The notes under the pieces are model-generated. The model had not been told where the DNA came from. It made no database searches and saw nothing but the letters and a program-made list of their open reading frames with translations. A DNA stretch of 64,000 bases from Gammaproteobacteria bacterium (GTDB lineage Bacteria; Pseudomonadota; Gammaproteobacteria; JBCCGL01): the NCBI GenBank assembly GCA_965277715.1, contig OZ255836.1, positions 160,001 to 224,000 on the forward strand, in the 5' to 3' direction. Numbering within the stretch: position 1 is the first letter of the stretch; the number at the start of each line of letters is the position of its first letter. The translations under genes were made by a program, and so were the position numbers. Shown here piece after piece: positions 29,820-38,718 of this stretch.

Positions 29820-30569
29820 ATGAAAGTGCTTGTCGCGGTAAAGCGCGTGCTTGACTACAACGTTAAAGTACGTGTGAAAGCCGATAATTCCGGTGTCGAA
29901 TTGGCGAACGTTAAAATGTCGATGAACCCATTTGACGAAATTGCCGTCGAAGAGGCCATCCGGCTTCAGGAGGCGGGCATTGCCAGCGAGCTGGTCGCGG
30001 TATCGCTGGGGGTTACACAGAGCCAGGAAACCATCCGCACGGCACTGGCCATGGGCATTGAACGCGGTATTCTGGTCGAGACGGATCAGGAACTGGAGCC
30101 GCTGGCCGTTGCCAAGCTGTTAAAAGCAGTAGTCGAAAAAGAACAACCGCAAATCGTTATTCTCGGCAAGCAGGCAATCGATGACGATTGCAACCAAACA
30201 GGCCAAATGCTGGCGGCATTATTAGGCTGGCCTCAAGCCACCTACGCCTCAAACGTTGAGGTTACCGACGGTGCGATGGCGGTTACCCGCGAAGTCGATG
30301 GTGGGCTGGAAACCCTCAACTACACACTGCCCACGATTATCACCACCGACCTGCGTTTAAATGAGCCGCGTTACGCCAAGCTGCCAAACATTATGAAAGC
30401 GAAGAAAAAACCGCTGGATATTATCCCGGTTGCCGATTTGGGCGTCGATATTACGCCGCGTTTAAAAACGGTTAAAGTCGAAGAGCCGCCCGCTCGTCAG
30501 TCGGGCGTTATTGTTGGCAGCGTGGCGGAATTAGTCGCCAAGCTGAAAGACGAAGCCAAGGTCATTTAA
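29820..30569 (+). CDS. etfB: Electron transfer flavoprotein beta subunit
   Basis: [30 protein letters not shown]. Confidence 0.96.
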   Translation: MKVLVAVKRVLDYNVKVRVKADNSGVELANVKMSMNPFDEIAVEEAIRLQEAGIASELVAVSLGVTQSQETIRTALAMGIERGILVETDQELEPLAVAKLLKAVVEKEQPQIVILGKQAIDDDCNQTGQMLAALLGWPQATYASNVEVTDGAMAVTREVDGGLETLNYTLPTIITTDLRLNEPRYAKLPNIMKAKKKPLDIIPVADLGVDITPRLKTVKVEEPPARQSGVIVGSVAELVAKLKDEAKVI

Positions 30570-30579
30570 GGGGATCGGC

Positions 30580-31512
30580 ATGAGCGTATTAGTTGTAGCA
30601 GAACACGATAACGCGTCGCTGGCCGACGCAAGTTTAAACACGGTGAGTGCCGCCACCCAGCTGGGTGATGTCACTGTTTTGGTCGCTGGCGATGCGTGCA
30701 GCGCGGTGGCAACCGCTGCCGCTACTGTTGTTGGCGTTGATAAAGTATTGATTGCGGAACATACCGGCTACGATCACGGTGTGGCTGAAAATATCGCTGC
30801 GTTAGTGGTGGGCATGGCTGATAGTTATAGCCATATCCTCTTTCCGGCTACCGCCTACGGTAAAAATATTATGCCACGCGTAGCGGCATTGTTAGATGTG
30901 GCGGGTATTTCTGACATTACCAGCATCGAATCTGCCGATACCTTTGTGCGCCCAATCTATGCGGGTAACGCAATGGCGACCGTGCAAAGTACCGATAGCA
31001 TCAAGGTGATTTCAGTGCGCACCACTTCGTTTGAAGCGGCGGCTGCCGAAGGTGGCAGTGCGGTGAGTGAGTCAATCGCTGCTGCGGACATCAGTGATCT
31101 AGTGCACTTTGTCGGTGAAGACCTGACCGTATCTGAGCGCCCTGAGTTGACCAGTGCACGTATCGTCGTCTCCGGTGGTCGGGGTATGCAAAGCGGTGAT
31201 AATTTCCCCATGCTTGACTCGATTGCCGACAAATTGGGCGCGGCGGTTGGTGCATCGCGGGCCGCTGTCGATGCCGGGTTTGTGCCCAACGACTACCAAG
31301 TAGGGCAAACTGGCAAAATCGTTGCGCCTGATCTGTATATTGCCGTGGGTATATCCGGTGCCATCCAGCATTTGGCCGGGATGAAAGACAGCAAAGTCAT
31401 TGTCGCTATCAACAAAGATGAAGAGGCGCCTATTTTTCAGGTGGCCGATTACGGTCTGGTTGCCGACTTGTTTGAAGCTGTTCCCGAGCTGGATGCTGCA
31501 CTTAGCAGTTAA
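30580..31512 (+). CDS. etfA: Electron transfer flavoprotein alpha subunit
   Basis: [31 protein letters not shown]. Confidence 0.96.
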   Translation: MSVLVVAEHDNASLADASLNTVSAATQLGDVTVLVAGDACSAVATAAATVVGVDKVLIAEHTGYDHGVAENIAALVVGMADSYSHILFPATAYGKNIMPRVAALLDVAGISDITSIESADTFVRPIYAGNAMATVQSTDSIKVISVRTTSFEAAAAEGGSAVSESIAAADISDLVHFVGEDLTVSERPELTSARIVVSGGRGMQSGDNFPMLDSIADKLGAAVGASRAAVDAGFVPNDYQVGQTGKIVAPDLYIAVGISGAIQHLAGMKDSKVIVAINKDEEAPIFQVADYGLVADLFEAVPELDAALSS

Positions 31513-31527
31513 GTACACCCACCTCTA

Positions 31528-31558
31528 AATCGCGTGGCGCATTCTGCGCTGCGCGATT
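31528..31558 (+). terminator. Hairpin downstream of etfA (terminator or REP-like)
   Basis: AATCGCGTGGCGCA-TTC-TGCGCTGCGCGATT. Confidence 0.5.
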
Positions 31559-31576
31559 GTGGTTTGATGCACTGTT

Positions 31577-31680
31577 TATCAGGGCGAACTTGCCTGATAC
31601 CCCGGTAGATTGTTACTTATCAAGGCAAATTTGCCTGATTTACTGAGTAATATCCAATATCAGGGCAAATTGGCCTGATA
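31577..31680. repeat. Three 23-bp palindromic repeats at 41/40-bp period
   Basis: TATCAGGGCGAACTTGCCTGATA, TATCAAGGCAAATTTGCCTGATT, TATCAGGGCAAATTGGCCTGATA. Confidence 0.85.
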
Positions 31681-31721
31681 CTAATTGTTAGCGTTATAAG
31701 ATACTTCGATATAGGTAAACC

Positions 31722-31926
31722 ATGTCTGAAATCGATTCTCAAATTCTGGCTTGGGGTGCTCGTCGTTTCCGACATTTCCCTGGTAGGTTGGTTGCTGACC
31801 AATGTCGGCAAAGAACTCGATCTTAAAACCGCAGGTGCTATATTTGGCGTACTAATCATCACTTCTGCGGTATTATTCGTACACAGACGAATTGAGCGTT
31901 TAATATCTAAATTAGAGGGTTTATAG
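31722..31926 (+). pseudogene. Small membrane protein in cassette, frameshifted near the start
   Basis: MSEID/LKFWLGVLVVSDISLVGWLL...HRRIERLISKLEGL*. Confidence 0.55.
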
Positions 31927-31927
31927 C

Positions 31928-32017
31928 ATGGATATTTTGACCACTATTATCTTAGTTGCAGTTGCTTCAGTTTTTGCATTTATAACGTACGATGCTGCCA
32001 CAGCAAATAATCGCTAA
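31928..32017 (+). CDS. 29-aa single-TM peptide ending in the attC R'' box
   Basis: MDILTTIILVAVASVFAFITYDAATANNR*; SD-like GAGG upstream; TAA inside CGCTAAC. Confidence 0.5.
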   Translation: MDILTTIILVAVASVFAFITYDAATANNR

Positions 32018-32083
32018 CAAGGCGTTCGTTCGGACGCAAACTACGCTGCGCTTCGTTTGCGCCGCACAGCTCTGTCGTTAGGC
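32012..32083 (+). repeat. attC site
   Basis: CGCTAAC...GCAAAC..GTTTGC...GTTAGGC; R'' is the exact complement of GTTAGCG at 31687-31693. Confidence 0.82.
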
Positions 32084-32180
32084 GAAGAAAAGAGGCAATA
32101 GCATGGATTTAGATAAGTATGATTTGAGAAATCAAATAAGAGTACTTCCGCTCGGCCACAGATTGGCTGGGCTAATGCTA

Positions 32181-32359
32181 GGGCCTGTTGACGTTTCACA
32201 TGGGTAACCAAAGAAAGGAGCATGCCGAGGCGAGCATGCTCCGATAATTCCGCTTCAACTTATCATATCGAGTGGCAATCGCTCGAAAATGCTTCAATCG
32301 AGCAAACACATTTTTCAACCAGGCGTCGGTATTTGTATAAACACCAGTCGATGTAGAAG
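32181..32359 (-). mobile_element. IS5-family 3' remnant
   Basis: DWCLYKYRRLVE/NVFARLKHFRAIATRYDKL; end GGGCCTGTTGAC after TA. Confidence 0.8.
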
Positions 32360-34107
32360 TGTGATTACCAAGGGATTGTGTCGGTCTAACTACCGAGCGA
32401 CTTTGTCGTAGATAGGATATCATCCAGTTGCTACACTGGCTATGGTTTACGCACTTTTCTGAGAGCTTGCGATTTCTCTACTCTTAAAGCCGTGGTATTC
32501 ATATTTTGCCGCAGCCATATACCGCGAACACCACCTGGGCTTATATCAGCACCCAGAGCGGCAGAGAGTTTCAAGGCCACCTTTTGTTGACCAAGATGAG
32601 GATGTTCGACAGAGAATTGCACAACGGCATCCTCAATTGCCTTATCCACGCAGTTTTTATGCCGTATGTTGGGTGTTTCTTGTCGTTTTAAGGTCTCTAC
32701 ACCGCCTTGTTTAACCCGCTTTAAATGGCGATAAATGGTGTCACGTGAGACGCCACTCAAACGAGATACTTCAGATACGTTACCCAACCTTTTAACTAAA
32801 GCCAACACCTCTAATTTCTTCTGTACAGCTAAGTCTTCGGTAGCTAGTTTGCTTGGTTCAGTGACTTCTGATATCTCAAGTTTTCGCCCAGCGAAGTGGG
32901 CAGTGAAGCCTTTCTTGTGGGTATTTCTGATTTCGATTTTTTGATTTGCAATAGAATATTTAAGCGGTGAATCAATCAAGTAAAACTTATTTCCATAGCT
33001 GAAGGTGTGGTCGTTGCGTATTTTTCGATGGTCTTTGATGACGCAGATGTCATCAAGATTGGCGTATCTTGGCAAGGGCGTAAATTCAGAAGGTAGCTGT
33101 TTTGCTTTGACTTGAATATGATTTTGCCAGAATTGGGGAATAAATACGTGTTTTAGATATGTGTTGGCACTTGCAATGTCTTTGATGTTGCTAAGTCTTA
33201 GCTCAGGCACAAGGCGGTCTTGGAAAGTATCGAAGGCACGTTCAATACGCCCTTTTCCTTGTGGTGAATTGGCGAAGATAATCTCAATACCTAATTCTTC
33301 ACAGGCCCGCTGCATTTGTGAAAAGTTACAACGCTTAGGGCCACCGAAGATACCCGCTCTATCCACATAAAGCGTTTTAAATAATCCCTTCGTTTCAATG
33401 CAATCTCGCATGACCTTCAAGCAACCAACGGTGGTTTCAGAGGGGAAGAACTCTGCATACACTTCACTGGTGGCATCATCAATCATGGCAATTAAACAGT
33501 GTTTCTTATCGCCAAACCAACGATGCGGGCTACCATCCATCTGCATCATTAAGCCCGGTGCTTCCATACGCTCTCTGCGTTTACGGGCTTTACCGCGCCT
33601 ACGTTTAGCGCGTTTTACATGGTGGATATCGTGCGCCCAACCGCGCAGAGTTTCGCGCTTTACCATAATATGATCATTCGCCTTAAGCTTTTCAGCAAGA
33701 TGCAGCAAATTTAAATCAAAATACTTGTCTTTGATTAAGGCTTGCACCGCTTTTTTTATCGACACTGGTATTTTATTCTGCGGCGGCTTACCGCTGTTAC
33801 CATGCACGGCAAACTGAATACCGACTTGCTGATATCGCTTCACATAACGTTCAATGCTGCGTCGAGACTTACTGAGTAATTTAGCCGCATTGGCAATCGT
33901 TATTCTGCCTTCAACTACTTTAGCAATTATATCAACGGTGAGTTGCGTTTTAGAATCCATCATGATCATCCTCAACATGCCTCTAGCATTCAAAAAAAGA
34001 ACACTAACAAACATGTAAAAAAGAGACCGACAGTTTCCCTTGGTAATTAGCGATTACGACAGAATCGCTTGGTAATTAAGGTACGACAAAGTCGCTTGGT
34101 GTTAACA
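32360..34107 (-). mobile_element. IS1202-like (ISNCY) element with TGT termini and repeated subterminal sites
   Basis: TGTGATTACCAAGGGATTGTGTCG vs TGTTAACACCAAGCGACTTTGTCG (18/24); three CGACA-N-CTTGGT repeats at ~34028-34100; no target duplication. Confidence 0.82.
32440..34014 (-). CDS. ISNCY/IS1202-type DDE transposase with extra C-terminal HTH
   Basis: QMDGSPHRWF, IDDAT, YVDR, SPQGKGRIERAFDTFQDRL. Confidence 0.88.
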   Translation of the reverse strand: MFVSVLFLNARGMLRMIMMDSKTQLTVDIIAKVVEGRITIANAAKLLSKSRRSIERYVKRYQQVGIQFAVHGNSGKPPQNKIPVSIKKAVQALIKDKYFDLNLLHLAEKLKANDHIMVKRETLRGWAHDIHHVKRAKRRRGKARKRRERMEAPGLMMQMDGSPHRWFGDKKHCLIAMIDDATSEVYAEFFPSETTVGCLKVMRDCIETKGLFKTLYVDRAGIFGGPKRCNFSQMQRACEELGIEIIFANSPQGKGRIERAFDTFQDRLVPELRLSNIKDIASANTYLKHVFIPQFWQNHIQVKAKQLPSEFTPLPRYANLDDICVIKDHRKIRNDHTFSYGNKFYLIDSPLKYSIANQKIEIRNTHKKGFTAHFAGRKLEISEVTEPSKLATEDLAVQKKLEVLALVKRLGNVSEVSRLSGVSRDTIYRHLKRVKQGGVETLKRQETPNIRHKNCVDKAIEDAVVQFSVEHPHLGQQKVALKLSAALGADISPGGVRGIWLRQNMNTTALRVEKSQALRKVRKP

Positions 34108-34108
34108 C

Positions 34109-34732
34109 ACTTTACTGCACTGGGTTGCATTTTTTTCGGCTGTCGTTCTTTTAGAACTTTCTCCTGGTGCTGATATGGCTTTCATGCTTGGCCAAACTGT
34201 TCGCAACGGGCGCATAGCCGGGTTTGCAGCATTGTTCGGGAGTTTAGCTGCCACATTTTTCCACATTGCGATGGCAGCTATTGGTCTATCTGCAGTAATA
34301 GCCACATCCGCAATCGCTTTTTCAATCATAAAATGGGCCGGTGTTATTTACCTGATTTGGCTTGGGTGCCAGGCATTGTTTTCTAATGAAAAAAATAAAA
34401 CGACAGCGGTAATCAAGTCACCGACGACAAGTTCAATCTTCTTACAAGGGGCGCTAATTTCTGCCCTTAATCCTAAAGTCGCAATCTTTTTCTTGGCATT
34501 CCTTCCTCAGTTTGTAGTAGAAGGTGCTGGTCCAGTGAGCTTGCAATTGCTACTACACGGAGCACTGATAGTTGTAGTCGGCTGTTTGCTACAAACACCC
34601 TTAATACTTATGGGATCACGGATAGCTTCTACGTTGAGAGGAAACCAAAATCTTCGACTTTGGTTTGATCGTTGCCTTGGAGCATTGTACTTCACGTTAG
34701 GCATTCGACTTGCAATTAGCAAAATGAATTAA
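34109..34732 (+). pseudogene. LysE/RhtB translocator, start codon removed at the IS end
   Basis: In-frame TLLHWVAFFSAVVLLELSPGAD precedes the annotated Met; LNPKVAIFFLAFLPQF. Confidence 0.75.
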
Positions 34733-34747
34733 TACGGCTGGTTTTTC

Positions 34748-34807
34748 GCATAAAAAGCGCATGCAGTGGGCTGCCGATTCGCTGCGCGCTTTGTCAGCCG
34801 CTGATGC
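34748..34807 (+). repeat. Degenerate, truncated attC related to attC 2 (16204-16276)
   Basis: Shares AAGCGCATGCAGT...CGCGCTTTGTC.GCCGCTGATGC; R' box missing. Confidence 0.7.
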
Positions 34808-34920
34808 CTGTCCTGCCCAATTGTTACTTTGTGCACACAGTTGTCGTTGGCAACACTGCATTGTTTACCACTATAATTAGTTATTCTATATTCCCATCTA
34901 TATTGCTGGAGTTTCAGCCT

Positions 34921-36693
34921 ATGGCTTACCAAGTTCCCCTTGCCGATATAGCATTTGCCCTAGAAGTGGCCGGTGCCGAGACTATCTCTCGCCTACCAGG
35001 TTATGAAGAGGTTACGCCCGATTTAATCAATACCATTGTCGAAGAGGCTGGAAAGTTTGCCACTGACGTATTGGCCCCCCTTAATGCGCCGGGCGATCAG
35101 CAAGGGGCAAAGTGGCACGAAGAGGGTGTAACAACCGTTGAAGGCTGGCAGCAAGCTTATGCACAATTTGCTGCAAATGGCTGGGGTAGCCTGGGTTTTG
35201 ATCCTGAGTACGGTGGGCAGGGTTTGCCCATGTTGGCCTCAACGGCGGTAATGGAATTGTGGAGTTCATCGAATATGGCATTTGGCTTATGCCCACTGTT
35301 GACTCAAGGGGCCATTGATGCGATTTACAGTCATGGTTCTGAGGCGATGAAAAGCACCTACCTGCCAAAGATGATATCAGGCGAATGGACAGGTACTATG
35401 AATTTGACTGAAGCGCAGGCGGGTTCTGATTTGGCGGCGATTCGCAGTAGCGCAACCCCTAGCGGGGATCACTATTTAATTAAAGGGCAAAAGATCTATA
35501 TCACCTACGGCGAGCACGATCTTGCAGAAAATATTATTCATCTGGTATTGGCGCGCACCCCGGATGCACCACAGGGTGTGAAGGGTATTTCCCTGTTTGT
35601 CGTGCCAAAATTCTTAGTCCAGGCAGATGGCTCTCCCGGCGAACGCAACGATCTGCGCTGTGTATCGATTGAGCACAAACTCGGTATTCACGCCAGCCCC
35701 ACGGCGGTAATGGCATACGGTGATAATGAGGGTGCGGTTGGTTATCTGGTTGGTGAGGAAAACAAGGGATTGATTTATATGTTCACCATGATGAATATCG
35801 CCCGTCACAGTGTGGGCGTACAAGGCTATGCCCTGGCCGAGCGCGCCTACCAGCAAGCGCGGGATTTTTCCCGTGAACGCACCCAGGGGGCCACGGTATT
35901 AGCGGGCGATAGCGGCAGTAAAACCATTATTAACCACCCGGATATCCGCCGTATTTTGTTGTTGATGCGTTCACAAACAGAAGCGATGCGGGCTTTGGCA
36001 TTTGAGTGTGCGGTTGCTTTTGATCACGCAGGCAAACACCCTGATGCCGATGTGCGCGCATTTTTCCAGCGCCGTGGTGAATTGCTAACACCGTTGGTCA
36101 AAGGGTGGTCGACTGAAATAGGTGTGGAGATATGCTCCCTGGGGGTTCAGGTGCATGGTGGTATGGGTTTTATTGAGGAGACGGGTGCTGCGCAGCATCT
36201 GCGCGATGTGCGTATAACGCCTATTTATGAGGGCACCACGGGTATTCAGGCAAACGATCTGATTGGCCGCAAGCTCGCCCGTGATGGTGGGCAGGGGGTG
36301 CGCGAGTTGGTGGCGGCGATGCGTGAATGCCAGGCTGCACTGCCCGATACCCTCGATGTTGCTATTGCCACTTCGCTTGAAGATTGTGTCAATGCGATAG
36401 AGACAACGACTGAGTGGATGTTGTCGCAAGACGATCCGGCGTTACCGGCTGCTGCATCGGTTAATTATTTAATGTTAATGGGGATTGCCAGTGGGTACTG
36501 GATGATGGCACGGGGAGCCGCACTCGCCAGTAAACATCAACTGGAGCAGTGTGGGGATGTTGACTACCTCAAGGCCCGTTGTGTGACTGCTCATTTTTAT
36601 GCGGTGCATGTGGTGCCGAGGGTGGTTGCTTTGAAGGAGATCATTTTGCATGGTTCGGTGGTAGCGATTAAGCTGGATGAAGCGCAGTATTGA
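34921..36693 (+). CDS. Acyl-CoA dehydrogenase (DmdC/AidB-like long type)
   Basis: TMNLTEAQAGSDL, EHKLGIHASPT, QVHGGMGFIEE, IYEGTTGIQ. Confidence 0.9.
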   Translation: MAYQVPLADIAFALEVAGAETISRLPGYEEVTPDLINTIVEEAGKFATDVLAPLNAPGDQQGAKWHEEGVTTVEGWQQAYAQFAANGWGSLGFDPEYGGQGLPMLASTAVMELWSSSNMAFGLCPLLTQGAIDAIYSHGSEAMKSTYLPKMISGEWTGTMNLTEAQAGSDLAAIRSSATPSGDHYLIKGQKIYITYGEHDLAENIIHLVLARTPDAPQGVKGISLFVVPKFLVQADGSPGERNDLRCVSIEHKLGIHASPTAVMAYGDNEGAVGYLVGEENKGLIYMFTMMNIARHSVGVQGYALAERAYQQARDFSRERTQGATVLAGDSGSKTIINHPDIRRILLLMRSQTEAMRALAFECAVAFDHAGKHPDADVRAFFQRRGELLTPLVKGWSTEIGVEICSLGVQVHGGMGFIEETGAAQHLRDVRITPIYEGTTGIQANDLIGRKLARDGGQGVRELVAAMRECQAALPDTLDVAIATSLEDCVNAIETTTEWMLSQDDPALPAAASVNYLMLMGIASGYWMMARGAALASKHQLEQCGDVDYLKARCVTAHFYAVHVVPRVVALKEIILHGSVVAIKLDEAQY

Positions 36694-36886
36694 TTTAGAT
36701 TTGACGTTGCTCTATCTCCTGTATCCGTACAGTCGTCGGTAACTGCTCCTGTGGACAGCAGGCTTACACTAATTGTTAATTGCTGGTTGCTTGTGGTTGT
36801 GTCTCTGGGGTATTGGTTGTTTACTTAGGTGGCTTTGTTATTGTGAGTTACCTTCATGCTGGCAAGGCGCAGTGAGTTGTAGTTAT

Positions 36887-37618
36887 TTAATTGGATAGTT
36901 GTAATAAATACCCCGTGCCACCAAGTGCGCGCATTTGCTTCAATATCCAGCGCTGCCGTTTTAGGGTATAGGCGGAAGGCTGGTCAACCCGGTAGATCGC
37001 TGGGTTGGGCAATACGGCGGCAAGCAGTGCCGCTTCCCACCGGTTAAGGTTTGAGGCATTTTTGGCAAAGTAGTACTCACTGGCCGCCTGTGCGCCAAAT
37101 TGCCTGTCTCCCCATTGGGCAATGTTGAGGTAAACCTCCAATATGCGTTGTTTGGGCCACAGTGATTCAATCAGTACGGTCAACCACGCTTCGATGCCTT
37201 TGCGTATCCAGGATTGTGCCGGCCATAAAAATAGATTTTTCGCCACCTGCTGGGAAATCGTGCTGGCCCCGCGACGACTCTCCCCACGTTGGCGTGCCTT
37301 GAGGGCCTGTTTGATGGACTCAATATCGAAACCAGTGTGTTGTGCAAATAACTGATCTTCTGCGGCGATTACGGCAATTTTTAGCTGAGGGGATAACCGT
37401 TGCCAGTCTACCCACTGGTAGTGTAGTGCCGTTTGGTTTGCGTCGATAAACCCGCTGGGCCATTGGTGTTGTAGCATGAACGATGTGGTGGGAGGGTTTA
37501 CCCACCGGAACGCCAGGATGGTCAGTGCACTGAATAGCATTAAACACAGTGGCAAAAAAAACAGCCACTTTATAAATGGGCGGCGTTTTTTTGTGGATTT
37601 ATTTTTCCTGCGGTACAT
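36887..37618 (-). CDS. mtgA: Monofunctional peptidoglycan transglycosylase
   Basis: AAEDQ.F..H.GFD, RGASTISQQVAKNLFLW, KQRILEVYLN. Confidence 0.95.
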   Translation of the reverse strand: MYRRKNKSTKKRRPFIKWLFFLPLCLMLFSALTILAFRWVNPPTTSFMLQHQWPSGFIDANQTALHYQWVDWQRLSPQLKIAVIAAEDQLFAQHTGFDIESIKQALKARQRGESRRGASTISQQVAKNLFLWPAQSWIRKGIEAWLTVLIESLWPKQRILEVYLNIAQWGDRQFGAQAASEYYFAKNASNLNRWEAALLAAVLPNPAIYRVDQPSAYTLKRQRWILKQMRALGGTGYLLQLSN

Positions 37619-37662
37619 CTATAATACTTGGTCGATCAATAAGTTGCCTATAAGAATAACAC

Positions 37663-37709
37663 TCAAAAATACGCATGATATTATAGGCCATAGCAGTAAA
37701 ACGCATTTG
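37663..37709. repeat. 47-bp copy of IS4-like transposase interior (7905-7951)
   Basis: 46/47 identity. Confidence 0.9.
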
Positions 37710-37749
37710 CTTGATGCCTGTCAGATTTTAAATTTTTGGAGCTAATCTT

Positions 37750-38526
37750 TTGAACTACGAAAATATTTTACTGGAAATCCACGATGCAGTCGGGCTGATT
37801 ACATTGCATCGCCCCAAAGCAATGAATGCCCTGTCCAGTGTGCTGATGGGGGAAATGACCCATGCGCTAGATGCACTGGAGGCAGACGATGCGATTGGTG
37901 CGATTGTCATTACAGGTAGTGAAAAGGCCTTTGCTGCTGGTGCCGACATTAAAGAGATGAGGGATAAGACCTTTATGCAGGCGTATAAAGAGAATTTTAT
38001 TACCGTTGGCTGGGAGCGGATCACCCGCTGCCGCAAACCCGTTATCGCGGCGGTGGCAGGCTATGCTCTCGGTGGTGGGTGTGAAACAGCGATGATGTGT
38101 GATTTTATTATTGCCGCCGATAACGCAAAATTTGGCCAGCCTGAGGTGACTATTGGCACCATTCCCGGCGCGGGAGGGACTCAGCGTTTAACGCGTCTGG
38201 TGGGTAAAGCCAAGGCGATGGAAATGTGCCTGACCGGGCGTATGATGGATGCCGAAGAAGCGGAGCGGGCGGGGTTGGTCAGTCGTATTGTGCCACTGGA
38301 TCAGCTATTGGATGAAGCGCTGAAAACGGCCGCGAAGATTGCTGCGTTCTCGCGGCCTATTGTGATGATGATAAAAGAGTCGGTAGACAGTGCATTGGAA
38401 ACCAGCTTGCACGAAGGTATCAAAATCGAAAGGCGTTTGTTTCACGCTGCGTTTGCCACCGAAGACCAAAAAGAGGGTATGGCGGCGTTTGCAGAAAAAC
38501 GATCACCGGCGTTTACGCATCAATAA
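37750..38526 (+). CDS. Enoyl-CoA hydratase (PaaF/EchA8-like), TTG start
   Basis: [30 protein letters not shown]. Confidence 0.93.
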   Translation: MNYENILLEIHDAVGLITLHRPKAMNALSSVLMGEMTHALDALEADDAIGAIVITGSEKAFAAGADIKEMRDKTFMQAYKENFITVGWERITRCRKPVIAAVAGYALGGGCETAMMCDFIIAADNAKFGQPEVTIGTIPGAGGTQRLTRLVGKAKAMEMCLTGRMMDAEEAERAGLVSRIVPLDQLLDEALKTAAKIAAFSRPIVMMIKESVDSALETSLHEGIKIERRLFHAAFATEDQKEGMAAFAEKRSPAFTHQ

Positions 38527-38718
38527 GTAAGGCGTGAGTGACAACAACTTCTGACACCCTCTCTGGAGGGTGCCGAAAAAGCCCTTCTCTCTGAGGGTGA
38601 GGGGCTTTTAAAACGCCCTCTTCAGGAATAACGACAGTGCAGGCAAACGATAATACGATCAGCAGTGATCGGCAGAAAATGATTGTTTACTTTACGCCGT
38701 TTAAATTAAAGCGCTGAT

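Noticed and set aside
31577-31680. Triple palindrome as a mini CRISPR array
   Set aside because: Gaps of 17-18 bp are too short, repeats differ from each other, and they do not resemble the II-C repeat
34060-34100. IS end repeats share GTCGCTTGGT with the CRISPR repeat
   Set aside because: Only 10 bp; explained as transposase binding sites mirrored at the other IS end
38549-38620. ACCCTC/GAGGGT hairpins, also near 29710 and a 13-bp match at 45640
   Set aside because: Probably terminator- or MITE-like scraps; too short to define
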